This document shows positions 1-10,481 of a stretch of DNA of 64,000 nt, piece after piece (within the stretch, counting starts at the first letter, position 1; each line of letters begins with the position of its first letter). Under the pieces are notes generated by a model. The model saw only the letters and a list, made by a program, of their open reading frames with translations, was not told the origin of the DNA and did not search any database. This DNA comes from an uncultured candidate division WWE3 bacterium (GTDB lineage: Bacteria; Patescibacteriota; WWE3; UBA101185; UBA10185): positions 633,943 to 697,942 of the forward strand of contig CALKWN010000065.1 in the NCBI GenBank assembly GCA_938004185.1. The letters run 5' to 3'. Position numbers and translations under genes: made by a program.

Positions 1-116
1 GATGTTGAAACATTTATGAAACCTACAACTCCGTCTTTTTCGCTGTCCTCAACAATTTCCGAAGGGGTTTTTCCATAGCGTGTATCTTTTAAGTGGCAAT
101 GAGAATCTACGAGCAT
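1..116 (-). CDS. tatD: TatD family hydrolase, N-terminal part (runs off window)
   Basis: Manual translation from ATG at 116: MLVDSHCHLKDTRYG..., the DSHCH metal-binding start typical of TatD. Confidence 0.8.
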   Translation of the reverse strand, partial: MLVDSHCHLKDTRYGKTPSEIVEDSEKDGVVGFINVST

Positions 117-118
117 GT

Positions 119-1975
119 CTACACAATAATAGCTCTGAACTCGTCTCCGTCCAAAGTTTCTTTCTCAAGTAATTTTTCGGCAACTTTGTCCAGCTTTTCC
201 CTGTGTTCTTCAATTATTTTTTTAGCCGTTGTAAAGGCTTCATGAACTATTTTTTCTACTGCGGCGTCAATTTTTGCCGCCATTTCCTCACTTACCTTGT
301 TTCCTTCTTCTATGCCGCGGGCAAGCCAAAACTGACCTCCGCCCAAATCGTATGAAACCGGTCCTAAAGGACTCATTCCCCACTCGGCAACCATTTTTCT
401 TGCTATTCCGGTGGCTTTGTTTATGTCATCAGCAGCACCTATGGTCAGTTCGTTAAATACAGCTTCTTCAGCTGCCCTTCCGCCAAGCATGGTGGATATT
501 ATCGATAACAATCTTGTTTTTGTTTCGTTATATCTATCGCGTTCGGGAGGAAAACTGGTGTGTCCCAGCGAACTCCCGCGCGCAACAATGGAAACTCTGT
601 AAACCGGATCCATATCTTTTACAAAAGTAGAAACTAAAGCGTGACCGGCTTCGTGATACGCAGTCATTTTTCTTTCTTCTTCCGTTTGTAAAGTTTTTCG
701 CTCGGAGCCTAGTGTTACTTTCAAAGCAGCCTCCTCAATATCAGATTGCTGTATTTTAGTCTTGTTGGATCTTGCAGCTAAAATTGCAGCTTCGTTCATC
801 ATGTTTTCAATGTCTGCGCCGCTGAAACCCACGGTCTTTTTTGCTATGTGATCAATTTTCACATCCTCCTCAACCGGCTTATCTTTCATATGAAGTTTAA
901 TTATGGCTTCCCTGTCTTTTAAGTCGGGTAAAACAACAGTTATGCGCCTGTCAAATCTTCCGGGTCTTATCAGGGCCGGATCGAGCATGTCGGGTCGGTT
1001 TGTTGCAGCTAAAACAATAACGTCGGTACGGGTGTCAAAACCGTCCATTTCAATAAGTATTTGGTTTAAAGTTTGTTCTCTTTCATCATGACCTCCGCCG
1101 ATTCCCATTCCGCGCTGTCTTCCTATAGCATCTATTTCGTCTATAAATATAAGGCTGGGCTGATTAGTTCGCGCCATGTTAAAAAGGTCGCGTACTCGCG
1201 AGGATCCTACACCAACGAGCATTTCCATAAACTCACTTCCGGCTACCGAATAGAACGGAACATTCGCCTCACCTGCAATTGCCCTTGCCAATAATGTTTT
1301 TCCTACACCCGACGGACCTACCAATAAAATTCCTTTAGGAATTCGCGCCCCAAGTTTGCGGTACTTTTCAGGATTCTTAAGGAAATCAACAATTTCCATC
1401 ATTTCGGTTTTTGCTTCCTGATTACCAGCTACATTTTCGAAAGTAATCTGAGTTTTACCTTTTTGAAAAAGTCTTGCTCTGCTCTTGCCGAACGAAGCAA
1501 TATCGCTGTTAGCGGTTTTCATTTGTCTGAATATGAAATACAAAATTAAAAGAGGGAATCCGAACATTAACAAAGGTGTTATTATCTGTTCAAACGTTAT
1601 TCTGTGCTCAATTTTTATATCGCCCGCAACTTTTGTTCTATCTACGTTGTTATTAAACAATATCTGATCAAAACTTATGGAACTTTCTTTTTCAGCAGCT
1701 AATTTTGTACCGTCCTTCAACAAAACTTCTATCTTGTCTCCGGCAACTACAACATCCTGAACTTTTTCTTCATTAATAAGTCTGACCAATTCGTTTACAC
1801 CGACATTTTCAGGTTTTGGGGTAAGACTGCCGGCGCCGCCGAAAATCATAAAAAACAAAAAAAGCAAAAAAACGTAGAAAAACACATTACTCCACGGACT
1901 TTTAGGCGTGGAACTGCCCATAAAAGGGAAAGGAATATTTTGTTTTTTCTTGCTCTTACCGTTCTTATTCGCCAT
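119..1975 (-). CDS. ftsH: ATP-dependent zinc metalloprotease FtsH
   Basis: Two N-terminal TM helices, Walker A GPSGVGKT, Walker B IFIDEID, SRH RPGRFDR, HEAGH zinc motif. Confidence 0.98.
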   Translation of the reverse strand: MANKNGKSKKKQNIPFPFMGSSTPKSPWSNVFFYVFLLFLFFMIFGGAGSLTPKPENVGVNELVRLINEEKVQDVVVAGDKIEVLLKDGTKLAAEKESSISFDQILFNNNVDRTKVAGDIKIEHRITFEQIITPLLMFGFPLLILYFIFRQMKTANSDIASFGKSRARLFQKGKTQITFENVAGNQEAKTEMMEIVDFLKNPEKYRKLGARIPKGILLVGPSGVGKTLLARAIAGEANVPFYSVAGSEFMEMLVGVGSSRVRDLFNMARTNQPSLIFIDEIDAIGRQRGMGIGGGHDEREQTLNQILIEMDGFDTRTDVIVLAATNRPDMLDPALIRPGRFDRRITVVLPDLKDREAIIKLHMKDKPVEEDVKIDHIAKKTVGFSGADIENMMNEAAILAARSNKTKIQQSDIEEAALKVTLGSERKTLQTEEERKMTAYHEAGHALVSTFVKDMDPVYRVSIVARGSSLGHTSFPPERDRYNETKTRLLSIISTMLGGRAAEEAVFNELTIGAADDINKATGIARKMVAEWGMSPLGPVSYDLGGGQFWLARGIEEGNKVSEEMAAKIDAAVEKIVHEAFTTAKKIIEEHREKLDKVAEKLLEKETLDGDEFRAIIV

Positions 1976-1994
1976 AAGCGTGTGAATTATAACA

Positions 1995-2996
1995 TTAAAG
2001 CAGGGGAAGTTTCATTTTTTCCCTGACCTCATCCAGGGTCTTTGCTGCCTCTTTTCTAACCTTCTTGGAACCTTCGGAAATAATCTGCATAACAGCATCG
2101 GTGTCCTTTTCATATTGCGATCTTCTCTCTCTTATAGGCTCTAAAAACTTCTCCAAAGCTACTATCAGCTTTTCTTTTACTTCCACATCCCCGACCTTAC
2201 CTGAAACATACCTTTTCTTAAGATCATCAATCTCATCTTTATCCTTGTTAAAAACATCGTGGTAGACAAAAACCGGATTTCCGTCAACCTTGCCCGGATC
2301 TGAAGGATGGAGTCTATTCGGGTCGGTATACATTTTCATTACTTTTTGTTTAACTTCGTCTTTAGTGTCACTCAAGAAAATTACATTTCCCAAGCTTTTA
2401 GTCATTTTCGTGTTACCGTCAGTTCCTACCAGTCTTGCGACTCTACCTATTAAAGCTTCGGGGATCTTAAATACTTCGCCGTAGGTGCTGTTGAATTTGT
2501 GGGCAACTTCTCTAGTAAGTTCAACATGCGGGTTTTGATCTTCTCCGACCGGCACTAAATCGGCCTTCAGACTCAAAATATCCGAGGCCATCATTAGAGG
2601 AAAGTTTAAAAAACCTAACGAATAACTGTCCCCCAATTCTTTTTCTCTTATTTCATCTTTTATTGTCGGGTTTCTTAGAGCTCTGGAAAAAGGAACGAGC
2701 ATTGAAAGCAAAAGCGCAATTTCATAAATTTCAGGTATAGTCGATTCGGCAAAAAAAGTAACTTTCTCGGGGTCGAGTCCGACAGCTAAATTATCCATTG
2801 CCACCTGCATTATTGAATCTGAAACTATATCGGGCTCTCCAACATATTTGGGGTAGGCAAGGGCGTGGGCGTCAGCCAAAATTATAAAAGTATCATAGGA
2901 ATCCTGAAGTTTCACTCTATTTTCAAGTGACCCTACATAGTGGCCCAGATGAAGGCGGCCGGTTGTATTATCCCCGGTTAAAATTCGTTTTTTCAT
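1995..2996 (-). CDS. trpS: Tryptophan--tRNA ligase
   Basis: HLGH (HIGH), VPVGEDQ, KMTKS (KMSKS) motifs. Confidence 0.97.
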   Translation of the reverse strand: MKKRILTGDNTTGRLHLGHYVGSLENRVKLQDSYDTFIILADAHALAYPKYVGEPDIVSDSIMQVAMDNLAVGLDPEKVTFFAESTIPEIYEIALLLSMLVPFSRALRNPTIKDEIREKELGDSYSLGFLNFPLMMASDILSLKADLVPVGEDQNPHVELTREVAHKFNSTYGEVFKIPEALIGRVARLVGTDGNTKMTKSLGNVIFLSDTKDEVKQKVMKMYTDPNRLHPSDPGKVDGNPVFVYHDVFNKDKDEIDDLKKRYVSGKVGDVEVKEKLIVALEKFLEPIRERRSQYEKDTDAVMQIISEGSKKVRKEAAKTLDEVREKMKLPLL

Positions 2997-3091
2997 AAAA
3001 AATTAATGTATAAAACTAAGAGTTACTAGGATTAATTTAGCACAAAAATATTATCTTTTCTTCAATTAAAGGGAAAAGTCGCCGAAATTTA

Positions 3092-3168
3092 TGGTGCCAA
3101 CACCAGGGATCGAACCTGGGACCTGTCGCTTATGAAACGACCGCTCTTACCGACTGAGCTATGTTGGC
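3092..3168 (-). tRNA. tRNA-Met(CAT), probably elongator (Ile2 not excluded)
   Basis: Cloverleaf GCCAACA...TGTTGGC-A-CCA; anticodon loop TTCATAA. Confidence 0.88.
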
Positions 3169-3218
3169 ACGCTTCCGTAAAAGGATTATACAGTCGAATA
3201 AAAATCTCGGAAATATTT

Positions 3219-3292
3219 TGGTTGCGGGGCCTGGACTCGAACCAGGACCCCCGGATTATGAGCCCGGTGAGGTGCCATTCCTCCACCCCGCG
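3219..3292 (-). tRNA. tRNA-fMet(CAT), initiator
   Basis: 5' CGCGGGG with C1:A72 mismatch, loop CTCATAA, encoded CCA. Confidence 0.92.
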
Positions 3293-3331
3293 TTAGTACG
3301 GTTAAAAATCTAACAGATTAGGCCGACAATG

Positions 3332-3703
3332 TCAAAAAAACAGCCTGTACCAAAGATACCAGCTGGGGTCACTTTTGTCTTCAGCCGGTTCATTAACTTT
3401 TTCGTCTGCGGCTGACTCGACCTCGCCTCCCTCAATAACATACACTTTTTCACCCGGTTTTATCATGTTTAAGCTGTTGCGAGCGCTTTCTTCCACATAT
3501 TCCGACGTCTTTTTATACTCTATTCTCTTCAAAATCTCATCCCTCTCCAAAAGGAGGGCCTGTTCCTTTTCTTTAGCCTCTTCGAGCCTCCTCTTACTTC
3601 CTAAAACGTCGATTGTTGATTTTATAATATTAGCGGATGTAATAACCAGAATAATTGATAAAAACACCCTTCCCCGGTTGCCTTTTCTAAACATTAAAAA
3701 CAT
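3332..3703 (-). CDS. Septum formation initiator family protein (FtsB/DivIC-like)
   Basis: TM helix, coiled coil, YVEESARNSLNMIKPGE motif; start uncertain. Confidence 0.8.
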   Translation of the reverse strand: MFLMFRKGNRGRVFLSIILVITSANIIKSTIDVLGSKRRLEEAKEKEQALLLERDEILKRIEYKKTSEYVEESARNSLNMIKPGEKVYVIEGGEVESAADEKVNEPAEDKSDPSWYLWYRLFF

Positions 3704-3824
3704 GGTAGTTAAATAATTGACACTTGGCAAGGCAGGTGTTACTATACCCCATAGGATTTTACCTATTGAGGTTTTATTATTTGGTTAAAAAATTCCTCGA
3801 TACACTGCTTAAATAAAACAAACT

Positions 3825-4700
3825 ATGTTAAATCTTGAAATTGCGCATAAAAACTTTATAGAAAAATTAAGAAACGAGGGCAAGTCCGAAGCTACTGTTG
3901 TGGCTTATAGTAAGGACGTTGATCAACTATTAAATCACTTAACCGGAGTTGGTGTTAACCTGGTTAATGAGATTACACTTTCGCACCTGGAGGCTTTCAT
4001 GAAGAAGCTCGAAGACGCGGACTATACAATGAAATCCGTTTCCAGAAAAACCAATGCTACGAGAACTTTCATGAAGTATCTTCACTCCGAAGGTCATATT
4101 ACCGATAATGTTTCTCTTGGATTAAAACATCCCAAACTTGAAAGTAAGGCTCCCAGAATTCTAACTAAAATGGAATACAGAGCTTTAAGAGATGCGACAA
4201 GAAACGATCCAAGAACATACGCAATGATAGAGGTTTTGCTTCAAACAGGAGTGACAATTTCGGAACTTGCTGAAATAAAAACCGAGCACCTCACTATTTC
4301 GGGAACTACCGGAACTCTTTTTGTACCTAAAAAGAACAACAAAGAGGCTAGAACAATACCCCTAAACAAATCCGTCATCGAAGCTATAAACAGATACATG
4401 AACGAAGAAAGATCTATTGTTAAAAGCTCAGGATATTTATTCGTAACCAAAACCGGAAATCCCCTGTTAATAAGAAATATAAGGTCTACTATAGATAGAT
4501 ATTTCAAGGTCGCCGGTGTAGAAAAAGCAAAAGTTAACGATTTAAGACACACTTTTGTCGCGCACCACCTTGCTAACGGAGTAAGCATAATCTATCTTTC
4601 TAAGATTGCAGGACATAAAAGAATTTCAACTACCGAAAGATATCTTCAGTACATCGATAGAGTCGGCGAACAGGAAAAAACTGAACTGGGTATTCTTTAA
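3825..4700 (+). CDS. Tyrosine recombinase, XerC/XerD-like, with atypical catalytic residues
   Basis: SAM-like N-terminus (SEATVVAY), DLRHTF, GH-x7-TERY; first catalytic Arg position reads TGVTISE. Confidence 0.85.
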   Translation: MLNLEIAHKNFIEKLRNEGKSEATVVAYSKDVDQLLNHLTGVGVNLVNEITLSHLEAFMKKLEDADYTMKSVSRKTNATRTFMKYLHSEGHITDNVSLGLKHPKLESKAPRILTKMEYRALRDATRNDPRTYAMIEVLLQTGVTISELAEIKTEHLTISGTTGTLFVPKKNNKEARTIPLNKSVIEAINRYMNEERSIVKSSGYLFVTKTGNPLLIRNIRSTIDRYFKVAGVEKAKVNDLRHTFVAHHLANGVSIIYLSKIAGHKRISTTERYLQYIDRVGEQEKTELGIL

Positions 4701-4717
4701 GTTGTTATAATCTGTTG

Positions 4718-6001
4718 GTGGGAAGAACGGAAAAAGGTAAAAGAATTTCTAGCTTAATGGGTTTTGTAGATAACTACATAAAAAATCACGACATCAGAAA
4801 AATTGCTGTAAGCATCATCATTTTCGGGCTATCACTTCTAACTTTCATACATCTAACAATAGCGGCTTTCCAGGAAAGATCTCTGGATTTTTACGCTTTT
4901 CTTACAGGAGCAAAAATTCTTGTAGAAAACAAGCAGGAACTATACAACCCATACGTCCAGTATCAAGTACAGGAAGAGCTCTTCAAAGAGGGCTTCGCAT
5001 ATGAGAGAGCTTTTATGGCTTACATTAACCTCCCTTTAAGCGCTGTTCCATACATACCGTTCCTAATAATACCCCCTCACGTATCTGCAGAGCTGGTACA
5101 TTTGGGCACACTTTTGATATTAATTTACTGCATAACAAGACTCTACAAGTTCCACAAAATAAAACCCCTGTCAGGTGTTACTTTAGTTCTCGCTTTCTTC
5201 TACCCGCTGTATTCTTCAATACATTTGGCTCAAATAGGGACATTGATCCTCCTGGTATTAACAGAAATGTATTTAGCTTACATGAAAAGACAAACCACCA
5301 AACTATCTCTTCTGGCTTCACTACTAATACTAAAAATTCAGTATCTCCCAATAGTGGCTTTTATATATGCCATACACCCGGAAAGAAAGAAATATATCTG
5401 TATTGCGGGTCCTCTAACTCTTATTTTTCTTGCCGCCAATTATTTTATTATGGGGCCGGACCTAGTCGCTCAATACATAGCGCTACTGGAGACTTATCAA
5501 ACAGTGCCGGAAAGGTTTGGGATGGCGTACGAAAAAGGCTTAGATATTTACTCAACTCTGCAATATTTTTTCGATGTGTCGGAAAAGATGAAGTTTGTGT
5601 TACCAATTTTTTTGGGAGCACACTTAGCTATGTTTTCATTCATGCGTTCATACAAATTCGATCAAAAAAGAAAAGATCTACTATTCTACTTCATCATACT
5701 TTACAGTTTAATACTGAGCCCCCACACCATGGCTGCTGATTTTGTTTTCCTCATAATACCTATCATCGGCTTGCTTCATAAAACACGATCAAAAGTTTTT
5801 TACGCCATTACAGTATTCGTTCTTAGCCTTTTCTTTTTTTATACAGCCTATGCAACTCAATGGGCACATACAATAATGATATCCATATACGCACTACTCC
5901 TACTCTCCTCAACACTCAAAAAACCCGGAAAAATAGGGAGGTGGGTACAAAACTCAATGGTGGGTGATCCTGGGCTCGAACCAGGAACCGCTCGTGTATA
6001 A
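4718..6001 (+). CDS. GT87/DUF2029-like membrane glycosyltransferase
   Basis: Polytopic membrane protein with DFYAF, YINLP, LKIQY motifs; its 3' end overlaps the tRNA on the opposite strand. Confidence 0.7.
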   Translation: MGRTEKGKRISSLMGFVDNYIKNHDIRKIAVSIIIFGLSLLTFIHLTIAAFQERSLDFYAFLTGAKILVENKQELYNPYVQYQVQEELFKEGFAYERAFMAYINLPLSAVPYIPFLIIPPHVSAELVHLGTLLILIYCITRLYKFHKIKPLSGVTLVLAFFYPLYSSIHLAQIGTLILLVLTEMYLAYMKRQTTKLSLLASLLILKIQYLPIVAFIYAIHPERKKYICIAGPLTLIFLAANYFIMGPDLVAQYIALLETYQTVPERFGMAYEKGLDIYSTLQYFFDVSEKMKFVLPIFLGAHLAMFSFMRSYKFDQKRKDLLFYFIILYSLILSPHTMAADFVFLIIPIIGLLHKTRSKVFYAITVFVLSLFFFYTAYATQWAHTIMISIYALLLLSSTLKKPGKIGRWVQNSMVGDPGLEPGTARV

Positions 6002-6033
6002 GACGAGAGCTCTGCCAATTGAGCTAATCACCC
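5958..6033 (-). tRNA. tRNA with TAT anticodon (Ile-UAU) and Val-like body
   Basis: GGGTGAT-TA-GCTC-AATTGGCA-GAGC-T-CTCGT-CTTATAC-ACGAG-CGGTT-CCTGG-TTCGAGC-CCAGG-ATCACCC-A-CCA. Confidence 0.88.
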
Positions 6034-6073
6034 AAGTAAATAATTTTTTCAAAGTTACTAAAATTACACCTAG

Positions 6074-6213
6074 TACTTCCTTTGAGCCATAGCTCGCTGC
6101 GCTCACTATAGCATCAAACGTAAGATGAATACTTCCTTTGAGCCATAGCTCGCTGCGCTCACTATAGCATCAAACGTAAGACGAGAGCTCTGCCAATTGA
6201 GCTAATCACCCAA
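6074..6213. repeat. Two 52-bp hairpin repeats plus duplicated 5' half of the TAT tRNA
   Basis: 6074-6125 = 6130-6181; 6177-6213 = 5999-6035. Confidence 0.9.
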
Positions 6214-6275
6214 ACATCAAACTAAAAACGACACGCCACTAAACCCGTCCTAACAACAATAAGTACACGTGTAGA

Positions 6276-6617
6276 TTATTCTATTTCATCCGCCAAGTCA
6301 ATTTCCTCTTTCAATGCCGTCTTGTCCTGAATATCCTTGTCTTTTTCAATCATTTGAAGAATTTCCTCGACAGTGTTTATTATAGCGGTCTCAAGATTAT
6401 ACTCGGTGTCATCGCTGAAATACTCTTTGCCTGAAATAACAATGTTAGCCTTAACTTCAAACATTTCGTTGGGAGCTGTGTTCAAAACAATTCGGGCAAA
6501 TTTAGATTCATCGGGAACATTGCCAAACCTCTTCGACACTCTATCAAATTTAGATCTCGCCAAAGCATCCATACTGGGAGACACGGTCATATTGTCTGAA
6601 GTAATTTGATATTTCAT
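6276..6617 (-). CDS. Ribosome hibernation factor (HPF/RaiA family)
   Basis: MKYQITSDNMTVSPSM start and size fit the short HPF fold. Confidence 0.7.
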   Translation of the reverse strand: MKYQITSDNMTVSPSMDALARSKFDRVSKRFGNVPDESKFARIVLNTAPNEMFEVKANIVISGKEYFSDDTEYNLETAIINTVEEILQMIEKDKDIQDKTALKEEIDLADEIE

Positions 6618-6669
6618 AAGGTCATTTTAACACCGGTCGTTATACGGCAATACACCGCTGCCGGCGATT

Positions 6670-6897
6670 TTACTCCTTAAAATTTAGTACTTCATTAGCA
6701 CGCTCTACCATTTCCTCAATATCCTTGTCGGTAAAACCGTGAGCTTTTGCCCCGGCCTCTAAAGTGTCAAACGAACTTGCCGCACAACCCACACAATGCA
6801 AACCGTAATCAAGCAAGACCTCGATTATTTCGGGGTGCTTATAAATAATCTCGGCAATATTCGATTCTTTTGTAATGATGTCGTTACTTTTTTTCAT
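6670..6897 (-). CDS. DUF1858 domain protein
   Basis: GLHCVGCAASSFDTLE motif; last gene of suf operon. Confidence 0.85.
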   Translation of the reverse strand: MKKSNDIITKESNIAEIIYKHPEIIEVLLDYGLHCVGCAASSFDTLEAGAKAHGFTDKDIEEMVERANEVLNFKE

Positions 6898-7258
6898 AAT
6901 CTTCAATTGCTTTTTTAACTGCAATAAGAGCCAGAGTCGCACAACCGATCCTACTCGTAGTGAGATTCAAGTTTAACATACCCAGCAAATCCTCTTTAGA
7001 AAAATTTTTGGCTTCTTCCAAAGTTTTTCCGATTAAATGTTCAAGAAGAACTTCCGAAGATACAACGGTAACAAGACAAGCGCTTCCATCAAAACGGGCG
7101 TCTTTAATAACCCCGTCTTCAACTTTTAACTGAACAACAATGTCGTCACCGCACATAGGGTTTTTCTTAGAAGAAGAAACGTCGGCATCCGAAATAGAAC
7201 CCTTTCTAGCCGGGTTTTTAAAAATATCCATGATTTCTTCTTTGTAAAGGTCGTCCAT
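6884..7258 (-). CDS. sufU: Fe-S scaffold/sulfur-transfer protein SufU
   Basis: LYKEEIMD, NPMCGD, FDGSAC, RIGCATL. Confidence 0.9.
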   Translation of the reverse strand: MDDLYKEEIMDIFKNPARKGSISDADVSSSKKNPMCGDDIVVQLKVEDGVIKDARFDGSACLVTVVSSEVLLEHLIGKTLEEAKNFSKEDLLGMLNLNLTTSRIGCATLALIAVKKAIEDYEKK

Positions 7259-7259
7259 G

Positions 7260-8480
7260 TTACGAAAGCATTTTGAGAGCCCTTTCAACACCCTCCGCTA
7301 ACCTGTCTATATCCGATCTTTCATTGTAGATGTAGTAAGACGCCCTCACCGTAGCCGCCAATCCCAGCTCAACATGTAAAGGCATTGCGCAATGGTGCCC
7401 CGACCTCACGGCAACACCGGATGAATTTAACACGGCCGCAATATCGTGGGCATGAACCTTTTCTGAATAAAACGAAACCAAACCCGTCCTTTCCTCTGCA
7501 TTCATCGGACCGATAATTTTTATTCCCTCGATAGAACCTAACTTTTTTAGAGTGTATTCATTCAGTTCAATTTCATGTTTTCTGACATTTTCCATTCCGA
7601 TTGAAGAAAGATAATCGATCGCTGAAGCAAGACCTACAGCACCATCGACGTTAGGAGTACCGGCTTCGAACTTTTCCGGTATTTGTGCCCACGTAGAATT
7701 TTCGTAGGATACTTCGTCAATCATTCCGCCGCCGAATTTATAGGGCGGTGTCCTTTCCATTAATTCTTTTTTCATAAATAAAACACCTATTCCCATCGGG
7801 GCCAGCATTTTATGCCCTGAAAAAGCGTAAAAATCACAACCAAGATTCTGCACATTTACGGGCAGATGAGGAACAGCCTGAGCTCCGTCAATACAAACTA
7901 AAGCTCCGACAGAATGAGCTTCTTTTGTAATTTCCCTGATATCAAGGATTGTCCCCAAAACATTGGAAGCATGTGCTATGCAAACCAACTTCACTTCGGA
8001 GGACAAATATTTTTTAAATTCCGATAGTTCGATTGTTCCCGAATTATCTGTTTTTATGTACTCTAAAACGACGCCGGTTTCTTTGGCCAAAATCTGCCAC
8101 GGAACCATGTTGCTGTGATGTTCAAAACCCGTTAAAAGTATTTTTCCGCCGTTTTTCAGAGCCTCTTTTCCGGCTGAAAATGCAACCAAGTTTATCGACT
8201 CGGTGGTTCCCGATGTAAAAATAATTTCTTCCGGAACAGACGCGTTTATAAACGAGGCAATTTTTTTTCTCGCACCTTCATACAGTTCCGAAGCTTCTTC
8301 ACTTAACGTGTGAATTCCGCGATGAACATTTGAGTTATTCTGCAAGTAATAATTTTTAACCGCATCAATAACCTGCAAAGGTTTTTGAGAAGTCGCGGCG
8401 TTATCTAAATAAACTAACGGGTTTTCGTTAATTTTTCTTTCGAGAATCGGAAAATCTTTTTTAATATCAGAAATAATCAT
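7260..8480 (-). CDS. sufS: Cysteine desulfurase SufS
   Basis: YLDNAATSQKP, FSGHK (PLP Lys), RSGHHCA. Confidence 0.96.
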   Translation of the reverse strand: MIISDIKKDFPILERKINENPLVYLDNAATSQKPLQVIDAVKNYYLQNNSNVHRGIHTLSEEASELYEGARKKIASFINASVPEEIIFTSGTTESINLVAFSAGKEALKNGGKILLTGFEHHSNMVPWQILAKETGVVLEYIKTDNSGTIELSEFKKYLSSEVKLVCIAHASNVLGTILDIREITKEAHSVGALVCIDGAQAVPHLPVNVQNLGCDFYAFSGHKMLAPMGIGVLFMKKELMERTPPYKFGGGMIDEVSYENSTWAQIPEKFEAGTPNVDGAVGLASAIDYLSSIGMENVRKHEIELNEYTLKKLGSIEGIKIIGPMNAEERTGLVSFYSEKVHAHDIAAVLNSSGVAVRSGHHCAMPLHVELGLAATVRASYYIYNERSDIDRLAEGVERALKMLS

Positions 8481-8484
8481 ACTA

Positions 8485-9072
8485 TCAGGATTTTACATCA
8501 GCCCGAACTTTTTCTCTAACATCCGGGTCTAAAATTTTGGCCACGATATTTTCAAAAAAACCTTCGGCAATTAAATTTTCGGCTTCGCTTCTTGCAAGCC
8601 CTCTGCTTGTTAAGTAAAAAGTTTCAGCCTCGCCCACTCTTCCGGTTGTCGAACCGTGCGAAGCTTTAACATCATCATTTTCTATTTCAAGTATAGGTCG
8701 GGTTGTGTTTTTGGTTTTTTCTCCCATAACCAAAGTTTTGTTATCCAAGTATGAGTTAGTCTGTGAAGCTTTTTTTCGGATGATAATTTTGCCGGTGTAA
8801 TCAGATGAGGCTTGTTCATCCAAAATAATCCGGTAGTTTGTGACGCAGGAGGTACCGGCTACTAAGTGATTAGCGGTCGTTTTTATTGTAACAGAGACGT
8901 TTTTTCCTATCCTACCCAAAACCGATAATTCGCAACTCAAACCTTCTTTTTTTAGATTTAGTTCGATGTCGGCGGAATAAGACGAACCGTCTTTTACAAT
9001 AAAAATATACTGAGTGTTTTCATCCGGCGTTAATGTAATATTCGGTTTTAGTTCGGAATAAACTGATTTCAT
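8485..9072 (-). CDS. sufD: Short SufD-family protein
   Basis: PILEIENDDVKASHGST, YLTSRG; only the C-terminal beta-helix part. Confidence 0.85.
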   Translation of the reverse strand: MKSVYSELKPNITLTPDENTQYIFIVKDGSSYSADIELNLKKEGLSCELSVLGRIGKNVSVTIKTTANHLVAGTSCVTNYRIILDEQASSDYTGKIIIRKKASQTNSYLDNKTLVMGEKTKNTTRPILEIENDDVKASHGSTTGRVGEAETFYLTSRGLARSEAENLIAEGFFENIVAKILDPDVREKVRADVKS

Positions 9073-10481
9073 TAACCTACGCTCCCTTCCATTTCAAGTT
9101 CAATCAAACGATTAAGTTCTACTGCGTACTCCATCGGAAGCTCACGAACGATCGGCTCGATAAAACCCGAAACAATAAGACCCATTGCCTCACTTTCAGA
9201 AAGACCGCGACTCATTAGGTAAAATAATTTTTCTTCGCCAACTTTGCTTACCGTAGCCTCGTGCTCAACATTTGCACCGCTCTCGTTTATTTTCATTAAC
9301 GGAAACGTATCGGTAGCTGAGTCGGAATCTAAAATTAAAGCATCACATTCAACACGGGATTTTGATTTTGGAGCCAAAGGAGTTATATCTACCAAACCGC
9401 GGTAGCTGGTTCTTCCTCCTTTTAGACTTACCGATTTTGAAATTATGTTCGACGAAGTGTTAGGCGCCGCGTGAATCATTTTTGCGCCGGCGTCCTGGTG
9501 CTGACCTTTTGAAGCATACGCAACAGACAACACTTCACCCCTAGCATTTTCTCCTACCAAATAACAAGAAGGGTATTTCATCGTGACTTTTGAACCGAGA
9601 TTCCCATCAACCCACTCCATTATGGCGTCTTTTTCAACCCGCGCCCTTTTTGTAACAAGGTTATAAACATTATCAGACCAGTTTTGTATCGTGGTATACC
9701 TAAAACGGGCTCCGGGCTTAACAATAACTTCAACCACAGCTGCGTGCAGAGAATTCGAAGAATAAACTGGGGCCGTGCACCCCTCAACATAGTGGGCAAA
9801 ACTCCCCTCATCAGCAATTATTAAAGTTCTTTCGAACTGCCCCATATTTTGAGCATTTATCCTAAAATAGGCTTGCAAAGGACGTTTTACGGTCACTCCC
9901 TTAGGAATGTAAACAAAAGAACCTCCCGACCATACGGCACTATTAAGAGCCGAAAATTTATTATCTCCGGCCGGCACTACTTTTCCGAAATATTCTCTGA
10001 AAAGGTCAGGATATTTTTTTAAAGCTTCGTCGGTTGATAAAAATATGACACCTTCTTCTTCAAGCTCATTTTTAAGTGAGGAGTATGCAACTTCCGAATC
10101 GTACTGAGCTTTTACACCGGCAAGAAATTCTCTTTCAGCCTGAGGAACTCCCAACCGATCAAATGTATTTTTAATTTCTTCAGGAACTTCCTCCCAAGTT
10201 CTCTTTTCTGTATCAGTCGGTTTAACGTAATAATAAATGTCCTGAAAATCTATTTTCGAAAGATCCGCTCCCCAATCCGGCATTTTTTTGGAGTTAAACA
10301 CCTCGAATGCTTTTAATCTAAATTTAATCATCCAGTCCGGCTCATTTTTACTTTTGGAAATTTGTTCGATAATTTTTTCCGTCAAACCTTTTTCTGCTTT
10401 CAAAAAAGATTTTTCGGGCATATTGAAACCGTACTTTGTATCGTAAGTATCCCGAATGTCCTTAATATTTTTTTTATTCAT
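9072..10481 (-). CDS. sufB: Fe-S cluster assembly protein SufB
   Basis: [33 protein letters not shown]; start reassigned to MNKKN. Confidence 0.96.
   Translation of the reverse strand: MNKKNIKDIRDTYDTKYGFNMPEKSFLKAEKGLTEKIIEQISKSKNEPDWMIKFRLKAFEVFNSKKMPDWGADLSKIDFQDIYYYVKPTDTEKRTWEEVPEEIKNTFDRLGVPQAEREFLAGVKAQYDSEVAYSSLKNELEEEGVIFLSTDEALKKYPDLFREYFGKVVPAGDNKFSALNSAVWSGGSFVYIPKGVTVKRPLQAYFRINAQNMGQFERTLIIADEGSFAHYVEGCTAPVYSSNSLHAAVVEVIVKPGARFRYTTIQNWSDNVYNLVTKRARVEKDAIMEWVDGNLGSKVTMKYPSCYLVGENARGEVLSVAYASKGQHQDAGAKMIHAAPNTSSNIISKSVSLKGGRTSYRGLVDITPLAPKSKSRVECDALILDSDSATDTFPLMKINESGANVEHEATVSKVGEEKLFYLMSRGLSESEAMGLIVSGFIEPIVRELPMEYAVELNRLIELEMEGSVG

Noticed and set aside
3089-3286. ORFs over tRNAs (also 40026-40382, 43276-43467, 44073-44327)
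   Set aside because: They are translations of tRNA genes and their duplicated ends.
6074-6181. Possible CRISPR array
   Set aside because: Only two 52-bp units with a 4-bp gap, no spacers and no cas genes.
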